Virus record (IMG/VR): IMGVR_UViG_3300021180_000005
Span: 39,650-103,649 of that record
DNA from: a virus
Reading direction: 5' to 3' (one strand)
Length of the DNA: 64,000 bases
A model generated the notes under the pieces. That model saw only the letters and a program-made list of their open reading frames with translations, had not been told where the DNA came from and did no database searches. How positions within the stretch are numbered: position 1 is the first letter of the stretch; each line of letters starts with the position of its first letter. A program made the position numbers and the translations under genes. Shown here piece by piece: positions 48,503 to 58,845 of the stretch.

Positions 48503-48752
48503 CAGACACAAAGCTAGACCTTGAGCACATCCGAGAGGTAATGGTCGCCAATATTCGCCCCGGTGATCGTGTGACTATCCTCGTGCCTAGTGGCATCGGA
48601 CGTAACGGTCAGGAGTACAGCGAGCGCACAGGACGCGCCGTTATCTGCTCAGGGACACACGTAGCACTGAACATGGGAGGACGCTACGGTACACCCGGAG
48701 TGGCTACGCCTAAGAACATCGTTCGAGTTAACAGTCGTAAGGATGCTAGACA

Positions 48753-49247
48753 ATGAAACGCATAGCCCTCTCTCAGCATGGCAAGCACAAAGATAAATAC
48801 TTCGCCATAGTGTCTAATGCAGACTTTGTTAGGGTCAATTGCTTCGCATGGTCTGCTCTCATCAAGAAAGACACGGTATACGCGCAACGTAGTGTTTGGC
48901 ACAAAGATGGAAGTCGAACTGTTGTCATGCTGCATCGTTTCATCATAGGTGCAAAGCCTGCACAACAAGTAGACCACAAAGATGGTAACGGCTTGCACAA
49001 CTGGCGAAGGAACCTACGCAAAGCCACAGCCGCACAGAACCAGCACAACCAAGGTCGCAGAACAGACAATGTGAGCGGCTACAAGGGTGTTTGGTGGGAA
49101 CCAAGAAGGTGTTGTTGGATCACACAGATTCAAGTTCGTAAACGACGTATGTATATAGGATCATTCTCTACTGCACTCAAAGCAGCAAGGGCCTATGATG
49201 CGGCAGCACATAAATACTTTGGTAAATTTGCACGCACAAACTTTTAG
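48753..49247 (+). CDS. HNH-AP2 endonuclease
   Basis: LHRFII, VDHKDGNGLHNWRRNLR, SGYKGV, AARAYD. Confidence 0.9.
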   Translation: MKRIALSQHGKHKDKYFAIVSNADFVRVNCFAWSALIKKDTVYAQRSVWHKDGSRTVVMLHRFIIGAKPAQQVDHKDGNGLHNWRRNLRKATAAQNQHNQGRRTDNVSGYKGVWWEPRRCCWITQIQVRKRRMYIGSFSTALKAARAYDAAAHKYFGKFARTNF

Positions 49248-50296
49248 GAGGTTCATTCTAGTGAATTACAAAACAGCGTACATACTAGGACAGTTCCTAG
49301 GGATGACACAACTAGTCGAGAAAGAATTAGTAACTCTTGAGCAATTTGCAAAGCGTTGTGTTGAAATTGCCAAGAAGTATGAGACCAGCAAGGAGAACAT
49401 ATGATCGTAGGATTCCTGCTGGGGATAATCTTTACGCTTGTGCTAACACGGAGGGGACGATGAGTCATTACATCGCGTACATCAATCATCCCTATCGCCG
49501 CATAGAACTAGACGCGGACGATTGTCTATCGGCACGGCATCGCGCAGCAATGCTGCTAGATACCCGACGCGTAGATGCCATAGAGCTAATCCAATGTCCT
49601 GCCAAGCACAACGCACAGGACTTGATCGCAGATACAACGGAGGAATAAATGGAGGAACGATTTTCTTTCGCTGATTCCCCTACAGGCTTGGAGCATGCCT
49701 TTACTACGACCTTGGCATTGCGACGGTTTGGCTTTGCTGTGCGCCTCGAAACGCATACGCAGACTGTAGGCAAGCAGACCTTTACGCTTCACACTGTACA
49801 CGCCACGCCGCCAGCGCGGCCTAACCGCAAGGAGCGAGGTGCATGTGTCTAAACTAACTGGAAGTTCAACGGAGTGCCCACATTGCCATGCAAACCTAAT
49901 AGGGACACCAATACCGGAAGCGTCCCGGTCCTCGTTTGGTGGTGCTACTCACTTCCTTAGGGTCATTGGAATAGAGAAAAGGGATGATGATTACATATCG
50001 GCATATCAATACCCCGACTGTGGCGCAGAGGATTCTAGATTTAACAAGGAGACCGCATGACATATATCGACAACTGGTCCTATGATGAATGCCCGGAAAT
50101 GGACGTGGATTATCCCTATGATCCTGAAGTAGATGACGCCGCGCACAGTCACGAATACAAGAAGCATTGTGTGTGTGGTACTGCAACGTACGAGGACGCA
50201 ATTGGTCAAACCCGTAACTGGGATAACTACACTCGCCACGTTTGCAGCAACGAGATATCAATGGAAGAAGTTCTGGGGAAACCCAAGGAGAACACA

Positions 50297-50686
50297 ATGA
50301 ACAATATCGTTAAGTTCGTACCTCGTCCTAAGAGCGAGCCCAGCGGTATTTCCGCATTCACCCTTAAAGTTGGAGAATATGGGCGCGTCGTTGGGGCTGG
50401 TAGCTATGCAGGCCACATTGTTTTGAAGGCGCGTGAATACGTCGTTGATATTACCAACCCAAACAACATATGGTTGGTCAACGACTTCACTGCTCCATAT
50501 GTGGAAACGCTGAAGACTGGTGATAGGCTGGAGATCACGCTTGGCTTCACCTCAGAGTTTGTGGAGCGTATTGCCAAGATGGCGAAAGAAAATAAGATCA
50601 ACGCCATCAAAGAAGTTCGCACTGTCACCGACTGGGGCTTGAAAGAATCGAAGGAATACGTCGAGTCTTTGTTGCTCCCTTTCTAA
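50297..50686 (+). CDS. Protein with a ribosomal protein bL12 (L7/L12) C-terminal domain
   Basis: NKINAIKEVRTVTDWGLKESKEYVE; SD AAGGAG at 50285; may be extended from 50057. Confidence 0.75.
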   Translation: MNNIVKFVPRPKSEPSGISAFTLKVGEYGRVVGAGSYAGHIVLKAREYVVDITNPNNIWLVNDFTAPYVETLKTGDRLEITLGFTSEFVERIAKMAKENKINAIKEVRTVTDWGLKESKEYVESLLLPF

Positions 50687-50925
50687 TGCACGCATCCAGC
50701 GCACGAACCTGTAAGCCGTGCGCTGTATTGTGTACATCAGGAGATCATTATGCCGCAAGGTAGAATTCCTACAACCGAAGAAGCTATGGTATTCGCACGT
50801 CTTAAGTATTACCGGAAAGCATTAAACCACATCCACGAAGGTGGTAGCATCTACTACGACAAAGGACGCATGGATTCTTACATCATAATTGCCAAACTAG
50901 CGTCGAATGAACGGAGGACATTACA

Positions 50926-51432
50926 ATGAGCATCGTAGCCGTCAAAATTGAACAAAATCACATCACCATTGGAGCAGACAGCGGGGATATTTGGGGAGAC
51001 ACAAAGCTTTCGACCATGGGCAACAAACTATGGGCTGTGTCTGATGTGCTGTTCGCAGGGTCCGTAGGCAGCGCAGCACTGGGTTCTCTGTTTAGGTATT
51101 ACCTTGCTCACTTACCTCCTATCCACAGTAGCGAAGACTACTGGCTAAGATTTGCCTTAGCATTTAAGAAACACACAGAGCAGCATGGGATGCGTATGGA
51201 TGACAACTCTTTTATAACCGTACATCATGGACGTGTATGGCGCATCAACGGACTACATGTAAACGAGGTCACCACGTTCGACGTTATTGGCGCAGGCAGG
51301 CCCTATGCACTCGCAGCGCTGGCCCTAGGCCACAGCGTAGAGAAAGCAGTGGCAGTCGCATGCGACCTTTGCATTCACTGTGCTTCTCCCATTACGCTGC
51401 TACGTATGCAGCGAAAGGAGGCGCTACGCTAA
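50926..51432 (+). CDS. Ntn-hydrolase / HslV-proteasome-like protein
   Basis: MSIVAV...IGADS...IGAGRPYALAAL...AVAVAC. Confidence 0.65.
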   Translation: MSIVAVKIEQNHITIGADSGDIWGDTKLSTMGNKLWAVSDVLFAGSVGSAALGSLFRYYLAHLPPIHSSEDYWLRFALAFKKHTEQHGMRMDDNSFITVHHGRVWRINGLHVNEVTTFDVIGAGRPYALAALALGHSVEKAVAVACDLCIHCASPITLLRMQRKEALR

Positions 51433-51801
51433 TTGCATTGAAGATCGCAGAGCTAATCCTAGCGTTAGTCGCAGGGATCGGTATAGGACTATACATCACA
51501 AAGGAGGATCGACAATGAAAGTCGCGCAACCAGACACACCATCATCCGACACAATAACTATATTATCGCGGCATACATGGATGGATTCGTGTGCTACGGG
51601 ACTTACAAACCGCGAATTGCCTCATGTCACAGAGCAGTTCCTAAACCGATCTATAAGGAGATTCAATGACAGACTACACAGACCCCAAGTGGAGGTTTGA
51701 TGAGCGTGTCCAGAACCTTATGAACAGAGGAAGAACTCAGCAAGAAGCTGAGCAAATAGTAAAATACGTGATCGATACCAAAGAGCAGGAGCCAAACAAA
51801 A

Positions 51802-52347
51802 ATGAAGTTGTGTGAGTGTGGTTGCGGAAACCCTGTGCCTATATCTACACGTAACAGGAAAGAACGGGGACAGATAAAGGGGCAACCTGTACGCTACATC
51901 ATTGGACACAGAGCACGTACACATGGGATGACTTACTCTTCTGAGTTCAAGAGTTGGGACAGCGCCAAACAGAGATGCACCAATCCGAACAATTCTCAGT
52001 ATAAACACTACGGGGAACGAGGTATTAAGTTCCTATTTACTAGTTTTGAGCAGTTCTTCAAAGAATTGGGTAGAAGACCTAAAGGAATGGTTTTAGATAG
52101 AAAAGACAACGACGGTCACTATGAGCCGGGAAATGTACGATGGGTAACGCACGCTGTAAGCCAATGGAATAAGCGTGTAAGTAAAGACAGCAAAAGTGGA
52201 GCCAAAGGAGTTTTCTATTCTCCTTGGGGATGGGGAGTATGGATAAGAGCAAAAGGTAAAAAGAAACATCTAGGCACGTTTACAGACAAAAACAAAGCCA
52301 TAAAGGTACGCAAGGAGGCGGAAAGGAAATACTATGGAACCATATGA
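51802..52347 (+). CDS. HNH-like endonuclease with AP2-like C-terminus
   Basis: MKLCECGCG, KQRCTNP..HYGERGI, LDRKDNDGHYEPGNVRW. Confidence 0.85.
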   Translation: MKLCECGCGNPVPISTRNRKERGQIKGQPVRYIIGHRARTHGMTYSSEFKSWDSAKQRCTNPNNSQYKHYGERGIKFLFTSFEQFFKELGRRPKGMVLDRKDNDGHYEPGNVRWVTHAVSQWNKRVSKDSKSGAKGVFYSPWGWGVWIRAKGKKKHLGTFTDKNKAIKVRKEAERKYYGTI

Positions 52348-52650
52348 ACTAAACCCAGCGAGGATTGTAGGAGAATGCTATCAATGTGGTCACCTTTACA
52401 ACATCTGTAGCAACGGCTTTGTCTGCGATGCATGTGGTTATACTGGACAACCACGTGGGGCGCGGTTTGTGGACAGGCAAGAAACTTCCATTGCAGCAGC
52501 TGAGAGGGCTGCTGCGATGGCGTGGGAAGAGGTACAGAGGCATCGAAGTAAATACCACGGCAGGTTGGGCTCTCCCTATGCACACACAGAGGGAGACCTG
52601 AAGGACATTGCTGAGCTTAATCACATATTTTCACTGACGGATGAAAGAGT

Positions 52651-53034
52651 ATGAAACTGTGCGAATGTGGCTGTGGTAGACCTGCTCCTATAGCTACACA
52701 GACAGACAAGAAATGGGGCGTTGTAAAAGGCAAACCTCGTAGGTTTATACACGGCCACCATACTAAACGACATGGTTGGTGTAATACACCGGAGTACCAA
52801 GCCTACCACGATGCAAAGAGACGTTGCGAGAACCTTAGGCATCCAGACTTTGCAGAGTATGGAGGACGTGGTATACGCTTCTTATTAAAAGACTTTGCAG
52901 AGTTCATAAAAGAACTAGGCAAAAGACCAAAAGGTAGAATGTTAGATCGCAAAGATAACAACAAACATTATGCCTTAGGAAACATACGTTGGGTCACTCC
53001 CAAACAAAGCGCAGATAACAGAAAAAGAGGATAA
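52651..53034 (+). CDS. HNH-like endonuclease (paralog of 51802)
   Basis: MKLCECGCG, YGGRGI, LDRKDNNKHYALGNIRW. Confidence 0.85.
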   Translation: MKLCECGCGRPAPIATQTDKKWGVVKGKPRRFIHGHHTKRHGWCNTPEYQAYHDAKRRCENLRHPDFAEYGGRGIRFLLKDFAEFIKELGKRPKGRMLDRKDNNKHYALGNIRWVTPKQSADNRKRG

Positions 53035-53578
53035 CAGATGAACAAGTTACTGTTCGTTATCGCTTTTATTGCAGGAATGCTGCTCACAGTGGTGACATAT
53101 CAAGACCATGTCATCGTACGCCAACGCTTGTTAATTCGGCAGATGGCACAGAACCCAAGCTGCCTTACCCCATGAGTAGGGGAGACGTTGTGCTGGCTGT
53201 GGTGTATCTGCTTGGTTGGCTTACGTTGTTTATCTATGGAGGAGGGTTGAAATGAGTAAACCTGCAGGAGTACTAGCTAAGACCAAAGATAATTCAAAGA
53301 AGAAACCATATGAACATGAACAATGGATGAAGGGCAAGAAAATCGGAAGGCCTAGGCAAGTGTTCGTAGACACTCGCATGGGTATGTCCTTAACAGAGAT
53401 TGAGCAATTGACCGATGCTCAAATATTAGCGTTACCCAAGCCGGGGTGGCAGAAAGTGAGCAACTGATGAACGCAAGAGAATGGCTACTTGCCAACGGTT
53501 ATAGTCAATGGCCGGATGGTTGCTGGCAAAGCGAAGGCTACGAAGCCGACGTAGAGGAAGCACTGCAGGAATACATGG

Positions 53579-53959
53579 ATGAACAGGAGGCTATTAAGTA
53601 TGCAAGAGACAATTCTTAAGATAGAAGAACTTCGTGATGACAACTGGGACGGATACCAAATCACTACCGACAAACGGACCTTGAATGTCGCTGTGGACAA
53701 CGGTCAGTCTTGCTGTGAGGGCTGGGGATATATGTCCTCAGAGGATGACTTGCAGCAGTACATAGGTGCCGCGTTGTTAAAAGTAGAAAGCGTGAATTCT
53801 GCTCTGAACGCAAAAACAGAGCCGGGAGACATCGACGAAGGTACCGTGTACTTCGTTAATTTCTACACGTCCAGAGGTATGTTTCAACTGGCGGTGTATG
53901 ACAGTCACAATGGGTATTATGGACATTCATTTAAAATCATCGAGGAGAAAGAACAATGA
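53579..53959 (+). CDS. Conserved phage hypothetical protein
   Basis: QSCCE...HNGYYG motif. Confidence 0.6.
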   Translation: MNRRLLSMQETILKIEELRDDNWDGYQITTDKRTLNVAVDNGQSCCEGWGYMSSEDDLQQYIGAALLKVESVNSALNAKTEPGDIDEGTVYFVNFYTSRGMFQLAVYDSHNGYYGHSFKIIEEKEQ

Positions 53960-54119
53960 CACACGAATACCGTTTTGCAGTGTACGATGAGGGATACCCA
54001 CAGGGATTCTCTGAGATTCCTGAGGACGATGAGCTGGATGATTGGGATAAAGACTGGGACGAAGAAGATGACTATGCATATCCTCCCTCTGCCCCGTTCA
54101 ATGAAGATGAGGATAGACC

Positions 54120-54503
54120 GTGAATGTTGTTGAGCGTGGCTTTTCCGTAGCATTAGCCGCGTCACTACTAAGCGATGCTCCAAGGACAGGGCTGAAGATG
54201 GGTTCGGCCCTGTTCTCAGGCAGTCGCCTATTAAGTATCGGCGCGAACCGCTGGTGTACGCATCCTGCCTCTAACAACGAAGACTTCACTCGCTCACTAC
54301 ATGCGGAACATGTAGCTCTCCTTCGCCGTTGGCACTATGATGCTCCAAGTAGAATGACATTGTACGTTGCACGGCGACGCGAGGATGGTACGCTTGGGTG
54401 CAGTAAACCCTGTCCTAATTGCATACGGTTGTGCAAATTAGCAGGAATTGCACGTATTTGGTTTTACAACCAAGAGAGTAAACCGGAGGGGATTACCCTA
54501 TGA
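54120..54503 (+). CDS. Cytidine/deoxycytidylate deaminase-family protein
   Basis: LHAE...SKPCPNC zinc motif. Confidence 0.85.
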   Translation: MNVVERGFSVALAASLLSDAPRTGLKMGSALFSGSRLLSIGANRWCTHPASNNEDFTRSLHAEHVALLRRWHYDAPSRMTLYVARRREDGTLGCSKPCPNCIRLCKLAGIARIWFYNQESKPEGITL

Positions 54504-54895
54504 ATAGGTACACTGTTGTCAGCTACTACCCAAAGCTAGTGCAGATGATTCAAGACGTACTGTCACCCAATCTGCTAGATCACAACTGGCAACGACAGGT
54601 AAAGAAGAGACCATTGTCTGGGTACTGCTACATCGCTTCTGAGGCTCTGTACTACCTCTTAGCAAAGGAAGAGGGCTTCAAGCCAGCACAGATGTGGGTG
54701 CACGTTGGAAACGGTATAGAGATCAGCCACTGGTTTCTGCGCAAGAAGACAGGGGAAGTTCTAGATATCACTGCATCGCAGTTTGGAAAGACGCGCATCC
54801 CGTACCACAAAGCGAAAGGCTGTGGGTTCCTAACCAACTACCCATCTGAAGGTGCAGCCGAGATCATGCGCAGGCTTCCAAAATCTGTGGTATAA
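54500..54895 (+). CDS. Hypothetical protein (Cys-His-Asp, papain-like fold possible)
   Basis: GYCY..SE, SHWFL, LDITASQF. Confidence 0.5.
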   Translation: MNRYTVVSYYPKLVQMIQDVLSPNLLDHNWQRQVKKRPLSGYCYIASEALYYLLAKEEGFKPAQMWVHVGNGIEISHWFLRKKTGEVLDITASQFGKTRIPYHKAKGCGFLTNYPSEGAAEIMRRLPKSVV

Positions 54896-55153
54896 TAGTT
54901 AAATCAAAAGGAGTGTACCAATTGAAGACCGTCACTGTTGTTACCATTATGGCAAAGTTCAATCAACTCAAGATCAAACGCGCAGAACAACAGGGCCGAG
55001 GTCGCGGTAGTACATTGCAGGCTGCAGTGAGTGCTGCCATGCGTGACCTTCTAAAGCAGAAGGGCTTAAAACATCAGAGGTACAACACGTTCACTGCAAC
55101 GGTACTGATCGGCAAAGAGCAAGAAGAGGAAACACTGTCAGAAGGGGCACCTA

Positions 55154-55549
55154 ATGAGAGAACATATTAGAGAGGGCTCTGCTAGACAAGCGATAGTAAC
55201 CGCAGATTTGCTAAGGAGAAATTTTGAAGTATGGCAAGAAGTAGGCAATTCCTCTGTTGATTTAATTGCTTGTAAATTTGGATTGTTACTTCGTATAGAA
55301 GTAAAGGGTAACAAGAAACGAAACATATCCAAAAACAATGCACCAGTAGGCGCAGTCTCTGGTTCTGTAGATTGTAGAAGATTTGACATAGTCGCTGTAG
55401 TGTCTAATCATAGTGTTCGATATGTTCGTAGTATTTTACATCAAGTAAACAACGCCTCTATAGAATTAATCCACGAAGAGACCATCAACGTCAGTACTCG
55501 CAAAGACTACATCGCACGGCAAGCTAACATGGCAAAGGAGAGTAAGTGA
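55154..55549 (+). CDS. PD-(D/E)XK homing-type endonuclease
   Basis: VDLIA....LRIEVK, FDIVAV. Confidence 0.7.
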   Translation: MREHIREGSARQAIVTADLLRRNFEVWQEVGNSSVDLIACKFGLLLRIEVKGNKKRNISKNNAPVGAVSGSVDCRRFDIVAVVSNHSVRYVRSILHQVNNASIELIHEETINVSTRKDYIARQANMAKESK

Positions 55550-56865
55550 TCCTTAAGTTAAAAGAAATTCTCCACAATCCTTTTCGTGATTTAAAGTCTA
55601 ACCCACTTATAGAAGATAAAATAGAAAGTTTAGTAGAGTCAATTAATCTCACCGGATTCTGGGACAACGTTGTTGTGCGTAAGAACTCAGCAGGCAAATA
55701 TGAATGTGCATATGGACACCACAGAATCGCCGCTGCTATTCGCGCAGGTCTTGTAGAAGCTGACTTCATTGTGAAGAAACTGAACGATGCTGCTATGATC
55801 CAAATTATGGACAATGAGAATCGTGATACCTACGGCTCTACCCCAGCATCTTTAATTGAATCAGTTAGCGCAATCGTTAAAGCTTTAGCAATCGGGACAA
55901 TACCAGCGTTTGAGATCAACAGTGATACGCGCAAAAACCTGATTCGCTATGCCCCTTCATTTATCCCCGGTAAGGCACCTTCCCCATCAGGTGGGGAACG
56001 TCCCTATACTGCGTTGAGTATATCTCGGTTTTTAGGCAGAGCACGTAAAGGCGGAAAAGAAGCTAGCCCAAGCGTAATCGCAGCATTAGATGCTCTGTAT
56101 CTAAAAGAGCGTGGAAGATTCAATGACTCCTTGCTTGTCACCAAAGACAAAACAGGAGCAAAGGTTCCTGTCACCACAAGCGAACTGCTACGCATCACCA
56201 GCGATATAAAACGCGATGTGGAGACAAAGGACAAGCGCACTATAGAAGCTAAACAGACAGCCGCAGAGTTTGACAAACAGCAACGCGAGCTACAGGCGCA
56301 ACGCAAGAAGACAGAGCAGGAAGCCGAGGTCGCACGTCAGAAACTAGTAAACGAACTAGCCAAAGCCAAGGCCAATGAGAACAAGTCAAAAGTAGAAGCC
56401 ATCAAAGCGGAGATCAAAGCCAAGGAGACCTACGCAGTAGAAAAGGCACTTGATCTTGAGGTAAGAGCAGCGGAGTTAGAAAAGAAAGTTGAGCAACGCA
56501 AACTGACTGAGGCCGCTGTTAAGAAGGAAGATGAGTACCTCCCCATTAAAAGAGAAGTGGAGCGCATCTTGCACAAGCTAGAGGGCGAAACCTCTACCAG
56601 CAAAGAAGCACTTGCTTCTGAAGTCAAAGCATTAAGCCGTCTATCAATCAATGTCACTGACCGTGAAAGATTGAGACAGGCTGCATTAAACATGGGTACC
56701 TTTTACACAGACTGGGTAGCTATGCAGTTTTTGCCACCACTTAGTACTAAAAAGAAGCTAGATGAGTACCGAAAAAGAGAAGATGCAAGACACAGGGCAG
56801 AGGATAAAAATGAGGAAAACACTAAAAGAAAGGTTCTGGGAAAAAGTAAACACATACGGACCTGA
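55546..56865 (+). CDS. ParB-like N-terminal domain protein with coiled coil
   Basis: LVESINLTGF..VVVR..YECAYGHHRIAA..ENR. Confidence 0.8.
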   Translation: MILKLKEILHNPFRDLKSNPLIEDKIESLVESINLTGFWDNVVVRKNSAGKYECAYGHHRIAAAIRAGLVEADFIVKKLNDAAMIQIMDNENRDTYGSTPASLIESVSAIVKALAIGTIPAFEINSDTRKNLIRYAPSFIPGKAPSPSGGERPYTALSISRFLGRARKGGKEASPSVIAALDALYLKERGRFNDSLLVTKDKTGAKVPVTTSELLRITSDIKRDVETKDKRTIEAKQTAAEFDKQQRELQAQRKKTEQEAEVARQKLVNELAKAKANENKSKVEAIKAEIKAKETYAVEKALDLEVRAAELEKKVEQRKLTEAAVKKEDEYLPIKREVERILHKLEGETSTSKEALASEVKALSRLSINVTDRERLRQAALNMGTFYTDWVAMQFLPPLSTKKKLDEYRKREDARHRAEDKNEENTKRKVLGKSKHIRT

Positions 56866-57313
56866 GCCTAATGTGTATACCTACATGCATTACCCAGAGA
56901 TTTCTCAAACTAGATGTTGGCTTTGGACTGGGGCATTAAATGAAAAAGGTAGAGGAAGTATAAAAATTGACGGCAAAGAACAAAAAGTGCACCGCGTGGC
57001 TTGGTTCTTAGCCACAGGGTTGTGGCCATCAAAGAACGTGCTCCATAAATGTGACGTTACAAACTGTGTAAACTTCTTACATTTATTTGAAGGAACACAA
57101 AAAGATAATGTAACGGATAGGGAATTGAAAGGAAGAAGTTTTCATCCTAGAACTACAAAACTGAGCGCTATGCAAGTGCTGGCTATTCGCGCAGCGTTCT
57201 TGGCAGGGGTTACCAAAGCTGTCCTATCACGACAATACCACGTAGTGCACGGGACTATACGTCATATACTCTCAGGAAGAAATTGGAGACCAAGTGCTAA
57301 GTCTAAGAAGTAG
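56810..57313 (+). CDS. HNH endonuclease
   Basis: ERFWEKV, CWLWTG, VHRVAW, LHKCD..NCVN..HLFEGT..DN. Confidence 0.9.
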   Translation: MRKTLKERFWEKVNTYGPEPNVYTYMHYPEISQTRCWLWTGALNEKGRGSIKIDGKEQKVHRVAWFLATGLWPSKNVLHKCDVTNCVNFLHLFEGTQKDNVTDRELKGRSFHPRTTKLSAMQVLAIRAAFLAGVTKAVLSRQYHVVHGTIRHILSGRNWRPSAKSKK

Positions 57314-57744
57314 CAGTGTCAGCGAAGATCGCATGCAGCGTACAAACATCATTGGCAGCTTCTGTGGACAACCAATCATTACCATTGACGAGTTGGGAGC
57401 GGAAGTAGACGATGATGCAGAGCTTCATATTAGACTCATGTCTAGCTCTGGTATTAGTATCCCAGCAGAGATTCTACCGGGAGAAGAAAGATGCAAAGAT
57501 GGCATCATACGCAGGCAGACCACAGCAGAAGCGCAAGGTTATGACACATACCACAACCAAGAACAGATTGAGCAAGGCCGAAGTCGTAAAAGTATCCCGT
57601 ATGGCAAGCTCGCTGCAAAGGATGGAAAGATTGTCTACTGGAGACCCCACCGTGCAACGCTTGAAGTGTATACTGTGGGCACTGCACTTGCATGTCTAGA
57701 TAAAGAACCTGAGCCGTTCGTATTAATTGAAGAAGGTGACTGAT

Positions 57745-58179
57745 ATGTTTAAACACGGACACACAACCCACGACTGGAAAAGTAGAACATATAACAGTTG
57801 GTGGGCAATGCTATGTCGCTGCAATAATAGCAATGTAGCCGAGTATGGGCGCTATGGAGGCAAAGGTGTCCGTGTATGTAAACGTTGGTATTCATTTTCT
57901 AATTTCCTAGCAGATATGGGAGTACGTCCTAAAAATACATCTCTTGGCAGATTTAGAGACAAAGGAAACTACACACCAAGCAATTGTGCGTGGATGACAC
58001 GGCAAGAGCAAGAAGCAGAGAAATGGAAGAACCGTAATAAGCTTTGCAAACGAGGCCACCCACGAACACCAGAGAACACTAAAAAGGTATACAACATTTG
58101 CGTGCATGGGCAATGCAAAATTTGTGACCGAGAAGCTGCTGCCCGTTACAGGAAGAGGAAGCTATGCTTAAAAGTCTGA
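57745..58179 (+). CDS. HNH-like endonuclease
   Basis: TYNSWWAM..RC, YGGKGV.VC.RW..F.NFLADMG, GNYTPSNC.W. Confidence 0.8.
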   Translation: MFKHGHTTHDWKSRTYNSWWAMLCRCNNSNVAEYGRYGGKGVRVCKRWYSFSNFLADMGVRPKNTSLGRFRDKGNYTPSNCAWMTRQEQEAEKWKNRNKLCKRGHPRTPENTKKVYNICVHGQCKICDREAAARYRKRKLCLKV

Positions 58180-58236
58180 AAGAAGAACAAGCAGACATGA
58201 GAGCTAGATGGGCAGACCCTAGTTATCGCTGGGCGA

Positions 58237-58845
58237 ATGACTCAGAACTACGGAGAAGATATGCGAAGGAATTCAGAAACACTAACACAAAAGAAGAAAG
58301 ACCAGAAAACGGGGAGGTTTCTAAAGACACACGGATGTAGACTGGAACCAACTCCTACCTACTACAGTTGGAGCACTATGCTTTCTCGCTGTAGAAACAA
58401 CAAAGGTAAAGACTGGAATCGTTATGGCGGTAGAGGTATAACGGTGTGCAGAAGATGGTTTGTTTTTGCTAACTTTCTTAAAGACATGGGCGAACGTCCT
58501 TTAGGTACTACCCTTGATAGGTTTCCTGACAACGAAGGAAATTATGAACCAAGTAACTGCCGTTGGGCGACCTACAAGCAGCAAGCAAAACAAAGAAAAT
58601 TACCACAAGTAATGCGTAAAGACAGTGCCTCAGGTTACAAGGGAGTGTACTGGTGGCCGCGTGATAATAACTGGAACGCTAAAATAACTGTGAATGGAAA
58701 AACAAATAACCTTGGATATTTTCCTACTGCTAAACTTGCTGCTACTGCCTACGACACTGCAGCTATAAAGCATTTCAAGGAACGCGCCTGCACTAATGAG
58801 ATGCTTGGTATTTTATCGAAGAAAGGAAAGGCAGTTGTCGTTTAA
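58237..58845 (+). CDS. HNH-like endonuclease with AP2 domain
   Basis: YGGRGITVC.RW, TLDR..NEGNYEPSNCRWAT, SGYKGV, AYD. Confidence 0.88.
   Translation: MTQNYGEDMRRNSETLTQKKKDQKTGRFLKTHGCRLEPTPTYYSWSTMLSRCRNNKGKDWNRYGGRGITVCRRWFVFANFLKDMGERPLGTTLDRFPDNEGNYEPSNCRWATYKQQAKQRKLPQVMRKDSASGYKGVYWWPRDNNWNAKITVNGKTNNLGYFPTAKLAATAYDTAAIKHFKERACTNEMLGILSKKGKAVVV

Larger units (their letters stand above)
47550..54120 (+). other. Cluster of short early/host-takeover-type ORFs
   Basis: Dense small plus-strand ORFs with AGGAG SDs and ATGA overlaps, mostly without recognisable domains. Confidence 0.65.
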
